In this document: positions 18,593-26,832 of the stretch, in pieces
Layout of the letters: every line of letters begins with the position of its first letter
Numbering within the stretch: position 1 is the first letter of the stretch
Assembly (NCBI GenBank): GCA_002363125.1
Contig: DEWE01000009.1
Span: 68,489 to 132,488 of the forward strand
Length of the DNA: 64,000 nt
Reading direction: 5' to 3'
Origin: Candidatus Saccharibacteria bacterium UBA3218
GTDB taxonomy: Bacteria > Patescibacteriota > Saccharimonadia > Saccharimonadales > Saccharimonadaceae
Notes under the pieces: model-generated
Databases searched by the model: none
Told to the model about the DNA's origin: nothing
What the model saw: the letters and a program-made list of their open reading frames with translations, nothing else
Translations under genes and position numbers: made by a program

Positions 18593-18931
18593 ATGCATCA
18601 GGCAGGAGCCCATACGATAGAGTATCTTGGAGCAACATTCCTCAAAAACGACCCTGATTGGGGCAAAAACATACTCTATTTTGGCCCTATGGGATGCAGA
18701 ACTGGTTTTTACGTAATCATAAAAACCATCTTTGGCGCTGAAGAAATTCGTAAATTAATAGAGGAGATGTGCGAATACATCCTTAATTTTAATGGCGATA
18801 TCCCTAGCGTCACCCCCAAAGAGTGTGGTAATTTCTCGTCACACAACCTTGAACTCGCCAAGTGTTACGTGAACAATTACCTATCCGAGCTTCGGAAAGA
18901 ATTTCACTGTGAATATCCGAAATCGGAATGA
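18593..18931 (+). CDS. LuxS-like protein (S-ribosylhomocysteine lyase family) lacking the N-terminal ~35 residues; possible pseudogene
   Basis: 112 aa. HTIEYL aligns with the LuxS HTLEHL motif, FGPMGCRTGFY with SPMGCRTGFY, and KECGNFSSHNL with QCG..MHSL. In-frame upstream codons still read TLDLRFIRPN (LuxS FDLRF..PN) but are closed by a TGA about 60 nt upstream, with no start codon in between. Confidence 0.6.
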   Translation: MHQAGAHTIEYLGATFLKNDPDWGKNILYFGPMGCRTGFYVIIKTIFGAEEIRKLIEEMCEYILNFNGDIPSVTPKECGNFSSHNLELAKCYVNNYLSELRKEFHCEYPKSE

Positions 18932-18945
18932 GCCCTTTTACCACC

Positions 18946-18973
18946 AGCCGGCACTAGTTGCCGGCTATTTTTT
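18946..18973 (+). terminator. Rho-independent terminator after the luxS-like gene
   Basis: agccggcactagttgccggct followed by atttttt. Confidence 0.75.
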
Positions 18974-18985
18974 AGCATAATAATT

Positions 18986-19014
18986 TTGACTTTTTTAATA
19001 AAGTGTGGTATAAT
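18986..19014 (+). promoter_or_regulatory. Promoter TTGACT-17-TATAAT with TG extension
   Basis: ttgact at 18986-18991, 17-nt spacer, tgg-tataat with tataat at 19009-19014. Followed by RBS aaggag and ATG 19036. Confidence 0.6.
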
Positions 19015-19035
19015 AGAAAGATAAGGAGTTTTATT

Positions 19036-19464
19036 ATGCATTATCAAGATGAGGCTGATAAAAAGGAACGACGTAAAATCATAGCTGCGGCTACCGTTGC
19101 AGTAGTTTTGATCTTGATTTTGGTTGTAGCTATTATTGTGGTTGCAACAAAAAAATCTAGTCGCATAAGCCAAAGTAATGAAACAAACACTCAGTTCGAA
19201 TTGGTAGAGGATACCAAGGAGAACACCAACGAAGAAAGTAAAGACAAGAAGGTAGAGGAGGATACCACTGATACCATTTCCGTAGAAGAGAAAAATACTA
19301 AGGTAGAAACCAGTACAACAACCGCGGAAGTTATTCCAGTAGAACAAAATTCAGTCAATGAACTACCGGCAACTGGAGCGGAAGAAATTTTACCAATCGC
19401 GATGCTTCTTGGTATGTTGACGGTTTACTTATCTTCCGCCGTTCTAGCGAAAAGAGAAGCTTAG
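19036..19464 (+). CDS. Small LPXTG-motif cell-wall-anchored surface protein
   Basis: Start at ATG 19036 (RBS aaggag). N-terminal signal-anchor IIAAATVAVVLILILVVAIIVVA. C-terminal sorting signal LPATG + hydrophobic ILPIAMLLGMLTVYLSSAVLA + KREA. Confidence 0.65.
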   Translation: MHYQDEADKKERRKIIAAATVAVVLILILVVAIIVVATKKSSRISQSNETNTQFELVEDTKENTNEESKDKKVEEDTTDTISVEEKNTKVETSTTTAEVIPVEQNSVNELPATGAEEILPIAMLLGMLTVYLSSAVLAKREA

Positions 19465-19471
19465 ATTATCT

Positions 19472-19501
19472 AAAAAGGCGGGGCTAAAACCTCGCTTTTT
19501 T
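19472..19501 (+). terminator. Rho-independent terminator
   Basis: aaaaaggcgggg-ctaaaa-cctcgcttttt. Confidence 0.65.
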
Positions 19502-19511
19502 GTGCAGTGCA

Positions 19512-19520
19512 TGATATAAT
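19512..19520 (+). promoter_or_regulatory. Extended -10 (TGaTATAAT) 8 nt upstream of the mature tRNA-Leu 5' end
   Basis: catgatataat, then gagtctac, then GCCCGGA. Confidence 0.5.
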
Positions 19521-19528
19521 GAGTCTAC

Positions 19529-19613
19529 GCCCGGATGGTGGAATTGGTAGACACGTATGCCTTAGGAGCATATGCCTTTCGGTGTGCAGGTTCAAATCCT
19601 GTTCCGGGCACCA
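19529..19613 (+). tRNA. tRNA-Leu (anticodon UAG), long variable arm, CCA encoded
   Basis: Manual fold. Acceptor GCCCGGA/TCCGGGC. D-arm GTGGAATTGGTAGACAC. Anticodon stem TATGC/GCATA with loop CT-TAG-GA. Variable arm. T-arm CAGGTTCAAATCCTG. ACCA tail. Confidence 0.9.
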
Positions 19614-19667
19614 AATTTTAAAATCACACTTTGTGTGACTTTTTTATGTGCTATAATCATAAGCAGA

Positions 19668-21260
19668 ATGGGTAAAATTACCAAATATTTGAATCAGTTG
19701 ATTATTGGTAATGTTTTTGATTCGCCCGAAATTCTGGAAGCTTATTCCGTTGATCGTTCCGTGCTCAAGATTAAACCAAAATTTGTAGCCTTCCCAGAAT
19801 CTACAGAAGATATTCGTAAATTGATGCGGTTTTTTAATCAGATTGCCGCCAAAGAAATACCGGTATCAGTGACAGCGAGAGGTTCTGGGCTAGATGAAGG
19901 TGGCGCAGATTTATCTTCGGCTGGACTCGTGATTTCGACAGAAAAATTAAACCGCATGCTGGAAATCGACCCGCGCGAGAGATTAGTGCGAGTACAGGCT
20001 GGGATCACTTTAAGGGAGTTAAACACAGCCTTATCTGTGTCTGGTTTAACTATCCCGATCGAGGGGCACGATGGCGACACGATTGGTGGATTGATTTCAA
20101 ATGCGCCAATTGATAATAATGCCAACAAATACGGTGGGATTAGCAATTTCGTAGAACGTATAGAGGTGATATTGGCCAACGGTGAATGTTTGCAGACTAG
20201 TCGGTTGAAGAAGTACAACGTAGCAAAAAAGGCTGCCGAAAAATCCATGGAAGGCGACGTTTACCGTAAGATTTCGAAATTACTTAAAACTAAAGCTGAA
20301 TTTATTGACGTACTCACAAAGAATCCATCTATGGATCGTAGTGGTTATCCAACAATTACAAAAGTTCAACGTAAAGATACCCTGGATTTAATGCCATTAT
20401 TCTTCGGCGCCCAAGGAACGCTAGGCGTTATATCTGAAGTAATTTTAAGGGCAATACCAATCGCAAAAAATCCAATGCGCGTAGTAGCTACGTTTAAAGA
20501 ATTGGATCCGGCTCTAGAGTTTGCCTATGCTATTAAGCTATTAAAACCACGGACGATAAATCTATATGATTTAAAAATCATTCAGGAAGCACGAGAATCT
20601 GGTAAAAATCTTGATGGTGTAATTCGTAAATTAGAGGACGGATTTGTAATTTTTGCGAATTTTGATGAAAAAATTAATTTATGTTTAAAGAAATTAACTG
20701 CAATGCAAAATGATTTCCCGCGTACCGCTAAATTTATTTTTGAAAAACCAGAAAATCGCGTCACCCTAAATGAATTCGAAAATTCTTTGTCTGTATATCT
20801 GAATACCGCAAAAGACGGTGAACGCGTGCCGGTTTTGACGGATTTCTATCTACCGTCGCACAATATTAATAGTTTCTTGAAAGATTTGAAAGTTTTAGAA
20901 GAAAAGTTGGGTTTGGATCTGGCACTTTATGGATCTTATGCTACGTCTATTTATAATCTAAGGCCAAAGTTTAATTTGGAAGACAAAGATTTTAATAAAA
21001 AAGTAGCGACATTTTTGCGAGCCGGAGCCTATGTAATAAATAGACAAGATGGCAAGTTGGCAGGCGGTACGCCAGAAGGTAGATTAAAGGCAGTGGTCAC
21101 AAATACCGAAATGAAAGATGCTGAGCGGGATCTATACGAAAAAATCAAAGAAATCTTTGATCAAAACAATATCCTAAATCCAGACGTAAAACTAGGCGCC
21201 AGTTCTAAATTCACTTTGACTCATTTTCGCGATACAAATCTCCCTAAAATCATGATATAA
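19668..21260 (+). CDS. FAD-linked oxidase/dehydrogenase (GlcD / D-lactate dehydrogenase-like)
   Basis: ORF 19572-21260 overlaps the tRNA, so the start is taken at ATG 19668 (MGKITKYL), downstream of TGcTATAAT at 19649-19657. FAD-binding PCMH region FPESTEDIRKLMRFF...VTARGSGLDEGG...RVQAGITLRELN. Confidence 0.8.
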   Translation: MGKITKYLNQLIIGNVFDSPEILEAYSVDRSVLKIKPKFVAFPESTEDIRKLMRFFNQIAAKEIPVSVTARGSGLDEGGADLSSAGLVISTEKLNRMLEIDPRERLVRVQAGITLRELNTALSVSGLTIPIEGHDGDTIGGLISNAPIDNNANKYGGISNFVERIEVILANGECLQTSRLKKYNVAKKAAEKSMEGDVYRKISKLLKTKAEFIDVLTKNPSMDRSGYPTITKVQRKDTLDLMPLFFGAQGTLGVISEVILRAIPIAKNPMRVVATFKELDPALEFAYAIKLLKPRTINLYDLKIIQEARESGKNLDGVIRKLEDGFVIFANFDEKINLCLKKLTAMQNDFPRTAKFIFEKPENRVTLNEFENSLSVYLNTAKDGERVPVLTDFYLPSHNINSFLKDLKVLEEKLGLDLALYGSYATSIYNLRPKFNLEDKDFNKKVATFLRAGAYVINRQDGKLAGGTPEGRLKAVVTNTEMKDAERDLYEKIKEIFDQNNILNPDVKLGASSKFTLTHFRDTNLPKIMI

Positions 21261-21261
21261 T
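21253..21261 (+). promoter_or_regulatory. Extended -10 (TGaTATAAT) for tig
   Basis: catgatataat overlaps the stop of the upstream gene. RBS aggag lies before ATG 21284. Confidence 0.5.
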
Positions 21262-21283
21262 ATAGAAAATTATAGGAGTTATT

Positions 21284-22561
21284 ATGAAGACTACAGTTAA
21301 GAAACTGTCTGATTCGCGCATAGAAATAAAAGTTGCGCTGGATGCCAAGGATTTGAAACCAATCAAGGAAAAGGCACTGGAAAAATTAGCAAAGGAAATT
21401 CATGTAGAAGGTTTTCGTAAGGGCAAAGTACCAGTAGACGTAGCAAAAAAATTTATTCCGGAAAATGATCTAAATGCAGAAACCGTAGATGCCGCAGTAC
21501 GTGCCACCGTAATAGAAGCTTTTGCAAAAAACAAAAAATCGCCATTAATGCTTCCAAATGTAAACGTAACTAAATATGTGCCAGATGAAATTGTAGAATA
21601 TACTGCTACTGCAGATATTATTCCAGAAGTCAAATTAGGTGATTATAAAAAACTAGGCGTAAAAAAAGAAGAAGTCAAAGTTTCTGAAAAAGAAATCAAA
21701 GAAATTTTAGATAATATTGCAACTTCTTTTGCCGATAAAAAGACTGTGAAGCGCGCTGCCGAAAATGGCGACGAAGTGATTATTGATTTTGTAGGCAAAA
21801 AGAATGGCGAAGCCTTTAAAGGTGGTTCGGCGAAAGATTATCATTTGACGCTTGGTTCTAAGACTTTTATTCCTGGATTTGAGGATGGCATCGTTAGTCA
21901 TGAACCTGGTGACAAGTTTGATCTCAAACTTACTTTTCCAAAAGATTACGGAGTAAAAGATCTCGCTGGCGCAAAAACTGTATTTGAAGTCTTGGTAAAA
22001 CAAGTAAATGAAATTAAAAAACCAGAAATTGATGATAAATTAGCAGAAAAATGCGGCCCATTCAAAAATTTGAACGAACTAAAGGCTGATATTAAAAAGA
22101 ATTTAGCGGCACAAAATTCACATAAATTGGAAGAAAAGTTCAAAGATGATTTAGTGAATGCACTCGTCAAAAAATCTACTGTACCGGCACCAGAAATTTT
22201 AATCGACGACCAAATGCGCATGATTAAAGATGATATGTCTAGAAATGCTGCTACGCAGGGAATGAGTTTTGAAGATTTTCTCAAACGTAATAACGAAACA
22301 ATGGAAAATTGGGAAAAAGAAGCGCGTAAGATTGCTGAGGTACGCGTAAAAGCATCTTTAGCTCTACAAACTTTAGCAGTTGAGCAAAAAATTACCGTAT
22401 CCGATGATTTGGTAAACGCAAAAATTGCCGAACTAAAAGATGTTTATAAAAAGTCGCCGGAAGCTTTGAAAAGCCTCAAAGATCCAAATGTAAAAATGGA
22501 CATCAAAAATCGCATGATTATTGAAAAAACTTTGGATTTCTTGGTAAAAGCTAATAGCTAG
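21284..22561 (+). CDS. tig: Trigger factor
   Basis: 425 aa. Ribosome-binding motif GFRKGKVP. FKBP-type PPIase middle domain (VIIDFVGKKNGEAFKGG). C-terminal chaperone arms. Confidence 0.9.
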   Translation: MKTTVKKLSDSRIEIKVALDAKDLKPIKEKALEKLAKEIHVEGFRKGKVPVDVAKKFIPENDLNAETVDAAVRATVIEAFAKNKKSPLMLPNVNVTKYVPDEIVEYTATADIIPEVKLGDYKKLGVKKEEVKVSEKEIKEILDNIATSFADKKTVKRAAENGDEVIIDFVGKKNGEAFKGGSAKDYHLTLGSKTFIPGFEDGIVSHEPGDKFDLKLTFPKDYGVKDLAGAKTVFEVLVKQVNEIKKPEIDDKLAEKCGPFKNLNELKADIKKNLAAQNSHKLEEKFKDDLVNALVKKSTVPAPEILIDDQMRMIKDDMSRNAATQGMSFEDFLKRNNETMENWEKEARKIAEVRVKASLALQTLAVEQKITVSDDLVNAKIAELKDVYKKSPEALKSLKDPNVKMDIKNRMIIEKTLDFLVKANS

Positions 22562-22590
22562 ATAAAATACTAGTAAAAATCTGTTTTTTG

Positions 22591-22599
22591 TGATATAAT
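22591..22599 (+). promoter_or_regulatory. Extended -10 (TGaTATAAT) for the rpsL-rpsG operon, ~85-nt leader
   Basis: ttgtgatataatggg. Confidence 0.5.
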
Positions 22600-22688
22600 G
22601 GGTTAAAGAGTTTCATCTCGTTTACTATTGCTGTACGGTAAATGAGGCAAAATATTAACTATAATCTATAAATAATAGGGAAATTTTA

Positions 22689-23102
22689 ATGCCAACTATT
22701 AATCAGTTGATTAGAAAGCCTCGTAAAAAGGCTGCCAAAAAATCAAAATCCCCAGCACTTGGTTCTATTGTGAACACATTAAAAACTAAGCGCTACGAGA
22801 AGGCTGCGCCTTTGAAACGTGGGGTGTGCATCAAGGTAACAACTAAGACACCAAAGAAACCAAACTCCGCTATGCGTAAGGTTGCTCGTGTACGTCTTAC
22901 TAACGGCCAAGAAGTTTGGGCCTACATTGGTGGCGAAGGTCACAACTTGCAAGAGCACGCTGTAGTATTAGTGCGCGGTGGTCGTGTGCCAGATCTTCCT
23001 GGTGTACGTTATCACGTAGTACGCGGCACTTTGGATCTTCAAGGTGTACAAGGTCGTAAACAAGGTCGCTCCAAATATGGTGCGAAGAAGGAGGGCAATT
23101 AA
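22689..23102 (+). CDS. rpsL: 30S ribosomal protein S12
   Basis: [14 protein letters not shown]...[19 protein letters not shown]... Confidence 0.97.
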   Translation: MPTINQLIRKPRKKAAKKSKSPALGSIVNTLKTKRYEKAAPLKRGVCIKVTTKTPKKPNSAMRKVARVRLTNGQEVWAYIGGEGHNLQEHAVVLVRGGRVPDLPGVRYHVVRGTLDLQGVQGRKQGRSKYGAKKEGN

Positions 23103-23104
23103 TT

Positions 23105-23581
23105 ATGCCACGCAAAACCACTAAATCATTAGTACGCAAGGTTAGCCCTGATCGTAAATATCAATCTATGTTAGTACAAAGACTTATTAATAAGTCTATG
23201 CTTGATGGTAAAAAGCAGGTCGCTGAACGTGCTGTTTATTCTGCAATCGAAGGCGCTGCAAAAAAATTGAAGTCCGAAAATCCAGTGGAAGTTTTGGAAA
23301 AGGCTATCGCCAACGTATCACCAGATTTTGAAGTGAAGTCTCGTCGCGTTGGTGGCGCTAACTATCAAATTCCATTCCCAATCTCTGGTCATCGTCAACT
23401 TCACTTTGCATTTTCATGGTTAGTACAATCTGCTCGTGCACGCGGTGGTATGCCATATGCAAAACGCCTAGAAGCAGAAATTGTCGATGCCTATAACGAA
23501 ACCGGTGCTGCCTTCAAGAAGAAGGAAGATTGCCACCGTATGGCAGAAGCAAACCGCGCATTTGCGCATTTTGCAAGATAA
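23105..23581 (+). CDS. rpsG: 30S ribosomal protein S7
   Basis: 158 aa. VKSRRVGGANYQIP, MAEANRAFAHFA. Confidence 0.97.
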   Translation: MPRKTTKSLVRKVSPDRKYQSMLVQRLINKSMLDGKKQVAERAVYSAIEGAAKKLKSENPVEVLEKAIANVSPDFEVKSRRVGGANYQIPFPISGHRQLHFAFSWLVQSARARGGMPYAKRLEAEIVDAYNETGAAFKKKEDCHRMAEANRAFAHFAR

Positions 23582-23586
23582 CATTA

Positions 23587-23710
23587 GAGACAACAAAAAA
23601 TACCTTTGTGGGACCGGAGTCGCTCGCTCCCGTCGTTACGGGGCTCGCGCTCCTCGCGTTCTCGGTCGTAACCTCCGAAGCGTCCCAAAAGGTATTTTTT
23701 TGTTGTTTTC
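23587..23710. repeat. GC-rich palindromic mini-element, family 3, intergenic (3' of rpsG); terminator-like
   Basis: ~25-bp arms acaacaaaaaatacctttgtgggac / gtcccaaaaggtatttttttgttgt around core ggagtcgctcgctcccgtcgttacggggctcgcgctcctcgcgttctcggtcgtaacc. The right arm ends in a T-run. Confidence 0.85.
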
Positions 23711-23720
23711 AGTCTTATCA

Positions 23721-23729
23721 TGATATAAT
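23721..23729 (+). promoter_or_regulatory. Extended -10 (TGaTATAAT) for the gap operon
   Basis: catgatataat. RBS aggagg lies before ATG 23756. Confidence 0.5.
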
Positions 23730-23755
23730 AGACATAAGTATATTAGGAGGCAAAA

Positions 23756-24760
23756 ATGGTAAAAGTCGCAATTAACGGCTTTGGGCGAATTGGCCGTAAT
23801 GCATTAAAGATATTACTAGATCGGCGCGACGTGCAAGTCGTAGCGATAAACGATATAACGGACGCCAAGACTTTAGCGCATCTTTTAAAGCACGATTCTT
23901 CGTATGGTACATACGATAAGAACGTAAAAGCTGGTGAAAATTCGATCATTATAAATTCTCGCGAAATACCAGTATTCGCCGAAAAAGATCCGGCAAATTT
24001 GCCATGGAAAAAACTGGGGGTTGATGTAGTTATAGAATCTACTGGGTTCTTCACGAAGCCAGAAGATGCTCGCGCGCATATTAAGGCTGGTGCGAAGAAA
24101 GTTGTGATTTCTGCTCCGGCTAAAGGTGATGGCGCAAAAACTATAGTACTGGGTGTGAATGAAGAAATAGTTGATGATAAAGACGAAATCCTATCCAACG
24201 CTTCTTGTACGACTAACTGTATCGCTCCAGTAATGAAGGTTCTCGAAGATGAATTTGGTATAGAAAAGGCCATGATGACTACGGTGCACTCCTATACTGG
24301 TTCGCAGAGACTTCTAGATGCACCAGCAAAGGATTTACGCGAAGCGAGATCTGCTGCTGAAAATATTGTACCTACTACTACTGGTGCGTCAAAAGCAGCT
24401 GCAAAAACTATCCCATCACTCACTGGTAAATTTAATGGCTTGTCCGTGCGCGTTCCTACTCCAGTAGTATCACTTTCCGACATCACCGCCATTTTAAAAC
24501 GCGATACCTCAAAAGAAGAATTAATTAAAGTTTTTAAAAAAGCCGCAAAAGAGCCTTACTATGAGGGAATTATTGGCGTAACGGAAGAAGAGTTGGTATC
24601 ATCAGATTTCATCGGCGACCCACATTCCTGTATAGTGGATCTACCATTAATCGACGTGGTTGGTGGCAATATGATAAAAGTCGTAGCTTGGTATGACAAT
24701 GAGTGGGGCTATTCCAACCGTTTAGTAGAACTCGCTGTAGATTTTGGGAAGGGTGAATAA
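23756..24760 (+). CDS. gap: Glyceraldehyde-3-phosphate dehydrogenase, type I
   Basis: INGFGRIGR, SNASCTTNC, WYDNEWGYS. Confidence 0.95.
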   Translation: MVKVAINGFGRIGRNALKILLDRRDVQVVAINDITDAKTLAHLLKHDSSYGTYDKNVKAGENSIIINSREIPVFAEKDPANLPWKKLGVDVVIESTGFFTKPEDARAHIKAGAKKVVISAPAKGDGAKTIVLGVNEEIVDDKDEILSNASCTTNCIAPVMKVLEDEFGIEKAMMTTVHSYTGSQRLLDAPAKDLREARSAAENIVPTTTGASKAAAKTIPSLTGKFNGLSVRVPTPVVSLSDITAILKRDTSKEELIKVFKKAAKEPYYEGIIGVTEEELVSSDFIGDPHSCIVDLPLIDVVGGNMIKVVAWYDNEWGYSNRLVELAVDFGKGE

Positions 24761-25209
24761 TGAAAATTTTTGTAGGCTCAGATTATCGTGGATTCGAATT
24801 AAAACAAGAGTTGTTAAAATTTCTTGCGGATAAAGATTTTGAAGTAACAGATGAGGGAGCCTATGAATATAACGAAGGGGATGATTTTAATGATCCGGCC
24901 ATAGCTGTTGCCGAAGCAGTAAGAAATAATCCTAAATCGTATGGTATTCTGATTTGTGACTCTGCACATGGTGTAACAATGCAAGCCAATCGTTTCAAAA
25001 GGATCCGCGCGGCACATTGTAGCAATACGGAATCAGCCAAATTGGCTCGCGAACACGATGATGCTAATGTGCTATGTCTATCAGCACATTTTATGGATGA
25101 AAATAAAATGCAAGAAGTCGTCGAGATTTTTCTAAATACAAATTTTGTAAATTTAGAGCGCCGAGTAAGGCGAATTAATCGTTTGGACGAAATGGAGGAT
25201 TATGATTAG
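24760..25209 (+). CDS. rpiB: Ribose-5-phosphate isomerase B (RpiB/LacAB family)
   Basis: 149 aa. MKIFVGSDYRGFELK, ILICDSAHGVTMQANR. Start overlaps the gap stop (TAATG). Confidence 0.9.
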   Translation: MKIFVGSDYRGFELKQELLKFLADKDFEVTDEGAYEYNEGDDFNDPAIAVAEAVRNNPKSYGILICDSAHGVTMQANRFKRIRAAHCSNTESAKLAREHDDANVLCLSAHFMDENKMQEVVEIFLNTNFVNLERRVRRINRLDEMEDYD

Positions 25210-25858
25210 AACCGTATCAATAGTACCGACAATTCTGTCGGACAACAAACAGGAATATCGTGAGCAGGTGGAGAAGATCAATGTTTTTACACGCCGCGTG
25301 CAAATAGATGTTACTGATGGAGAGTTTGCGCCAGCAACCACGCTAGATGTCACAAACGTCTGGTGGCCAAAAAACTGGGAAGCAGATTTGCATTTGATGG
25401 TGGCTAGGCCGTCAGAATGTATAGATACAATTTTGAAGCTTAATCCGTCATTATGTATTCTTCATGCAGAAGCAAGCGAAGATTTGATACCGACCTTTAA
25501 CACGCTGAAAGAAGCTGGGATTAAAATCGGCGTCGCATTATTACCATCTACTTACCCTGGAGACGTAAAACAATATATAGACATAGTAGATCATGTGCTG
25601 ATTTTTGCCAGCCAACTTGGTGTACAGGGCGCACAACCAGATCTATTGCAAATGGAAAAAATTTCCATAGTTCGCAATATGAAACCGGAAGTAGAGATTG
25701 GTTGGGATGGCGGTGCTAATATCTCCAATATCCGAGCTTTAGCACACGCAGACCTCGATGTAATAAATGTAGGTTCAGCAATAGCCCTTGCGCCGGATCC
25801 AGCGGAAATGTTCCAAGAGCTCGTAGCGGAGATTGATAAAAATGGAGTAGTATTATAA
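25202..25858 (+). CDS. rpe: Ribulose-phosphate 3-epimerase-like (ribulose-phosphate-binding barrel)
   Basis: 218 aa. IVPTILS...QIDVTDGEFAP...DLHLMV...ILHAEA...GWDGGAN follows the Rpe metal/substrate motif order but is divergent. Confidence 0.6.
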   Translation: MIRTVSIVPTILSDNKQEYREQVEKINVFTRRVQIDVTDGEFAPATTLDVTNVWWPKNWEADLHLMVARPSECIDTILKLNPSLCILHAEASEDLIPTFNTLKEAGIKIGVALLPSTYPGDVKQYIDIVDHVLIFASQLGVQGAQPDLLQMEKISIVRNMKPEVEIGWDGGANISNIRALAHADLDVINVGSAIALAPDPAEMFQELVAEIDKNGVVL

Positions 25859-26820
25859 TGGCAAGGATCGTCTCTCTAGGTTCGGCTCTACAGGACATCT
25901 ATCTAATAGATCATGATGATTTAGTGACTACAAAAATTGGTGAAAATGCGATCTTTGGTAAAGTTTTGGTAGGAACAAAAGTAGATATAGATAAGATATC
26001 TTATGAGGTTGGTGGTGGTGGTGTAAATTCAGCTATAACTTTTGCTAGACATAATCATGAAGCTATTTTGATGGGGAATATTTCTAATGATCCCGCTGGT
26101 AATGCTATTGTGAAAACTTTAGACAGAGAAGGTATTGATACTAGCTACATTAATTTTCTAGAAAAGAAAACTACCGGAACATCCATTATATTACTAGACA
26201 CAAAAAGTGGTGAACGCACAATCCTTACGTGCCGTGGCGCAAGTGAGCAATTTGGGAATTTTTCAGAAAGCGATTTGGATCTGGCACAACCAGACTGGCT
26301 ATATGTAACCACACTGCGTGGCGATTTAGACACCCTAAGAAGGTTTTTTACAAAAGCTCGTGAGATTGGCGCAAAAGTAATGTTCAATCCTGGAGTAAAG
26401 GAGCTCGAAAACCCTAAAGAACTCGCCAAATTATTAAAGTATGTTGATATTTTGAATGTTAATAAATCCGAGGCCGCGAAGTTAGTACCAGGAAATACTT
26501 TGGTAGAGCTACTCTACAGGTTGAATAATTATATAGAAACTGTGATTATTACGGACGGAGCTATGGGTGGCATCGCATCTAATGGTGCGGAAACTTATCG
26601 TTTCGGAATATACGAGGACCTCAAAGTAAAGGATGCTACTGGTGCAGGAGATGCATTTGGAGCTGGTTTTTTGGCGCATATAACAGCAGGAAAATCATTC
26701 AGGAATTCGTTGATTTTTGCTTCGGCCAATTCTACGTCTGTAGTATCAAAACTAGGTGCAAATAAAGGAATATTAACTGGCACAGAACCACTGCATCCGA
26801 TGCCAATTCAAAAATTATAA
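25858..26820 (+). CDS. PfkB-family carbohydrate/nucleoside kinase (ribokinase-like)
   Basis: 320 aa. GGGGVNSA. C-terminal signature DATGAGDAFGAGF. TAATG overlap with rpe. Confidence 0.8.
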   Translation: MARIVSLGSALQDIYLIDHDDLVTTKIGENAIFGKVLVGTKVDIDKISYEVGGGGVNSAITFARHNHEAILMGNISNDPAGNAIVKTLDREGIDTSYINFLEKKTTGTSIILLDTKSGERTILTCRGASEQFGNFSESDLDLAQPDWLYVTTLRGDLDTLRRFFTKAREIGAKVMFNPGVKELENPKELAKLLKYVDILNVNKSEAAKLVPGNTLVELLYRLNNYIETVIITDGAMGGIASNGAETYRFGIYEDLKVKDATGAGDAFGAGFLAHITAGKSFRNSLIFASANSTSVVSKLGANKGILTGTEPLHPMPIQKL

Positions 26821-26832
26821 AAGGAAAATAAT

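Noticed and set aside
19572-19667. N-terminal extension of the FAD-oxidase ORF
   Set aside because: It overlaps the 3' half of tRNA-Leu(UAG) and a downstream TGcTATAAT promoter. ATG 19668 gives a normal N-terminus.
23743-24273. 176-aa minus-strand ORF antisense to gap
   Set aside because: The sense strand encodes an unmistakable GAPDH. The antisense ORF has no recognisable motifs or translation signals.
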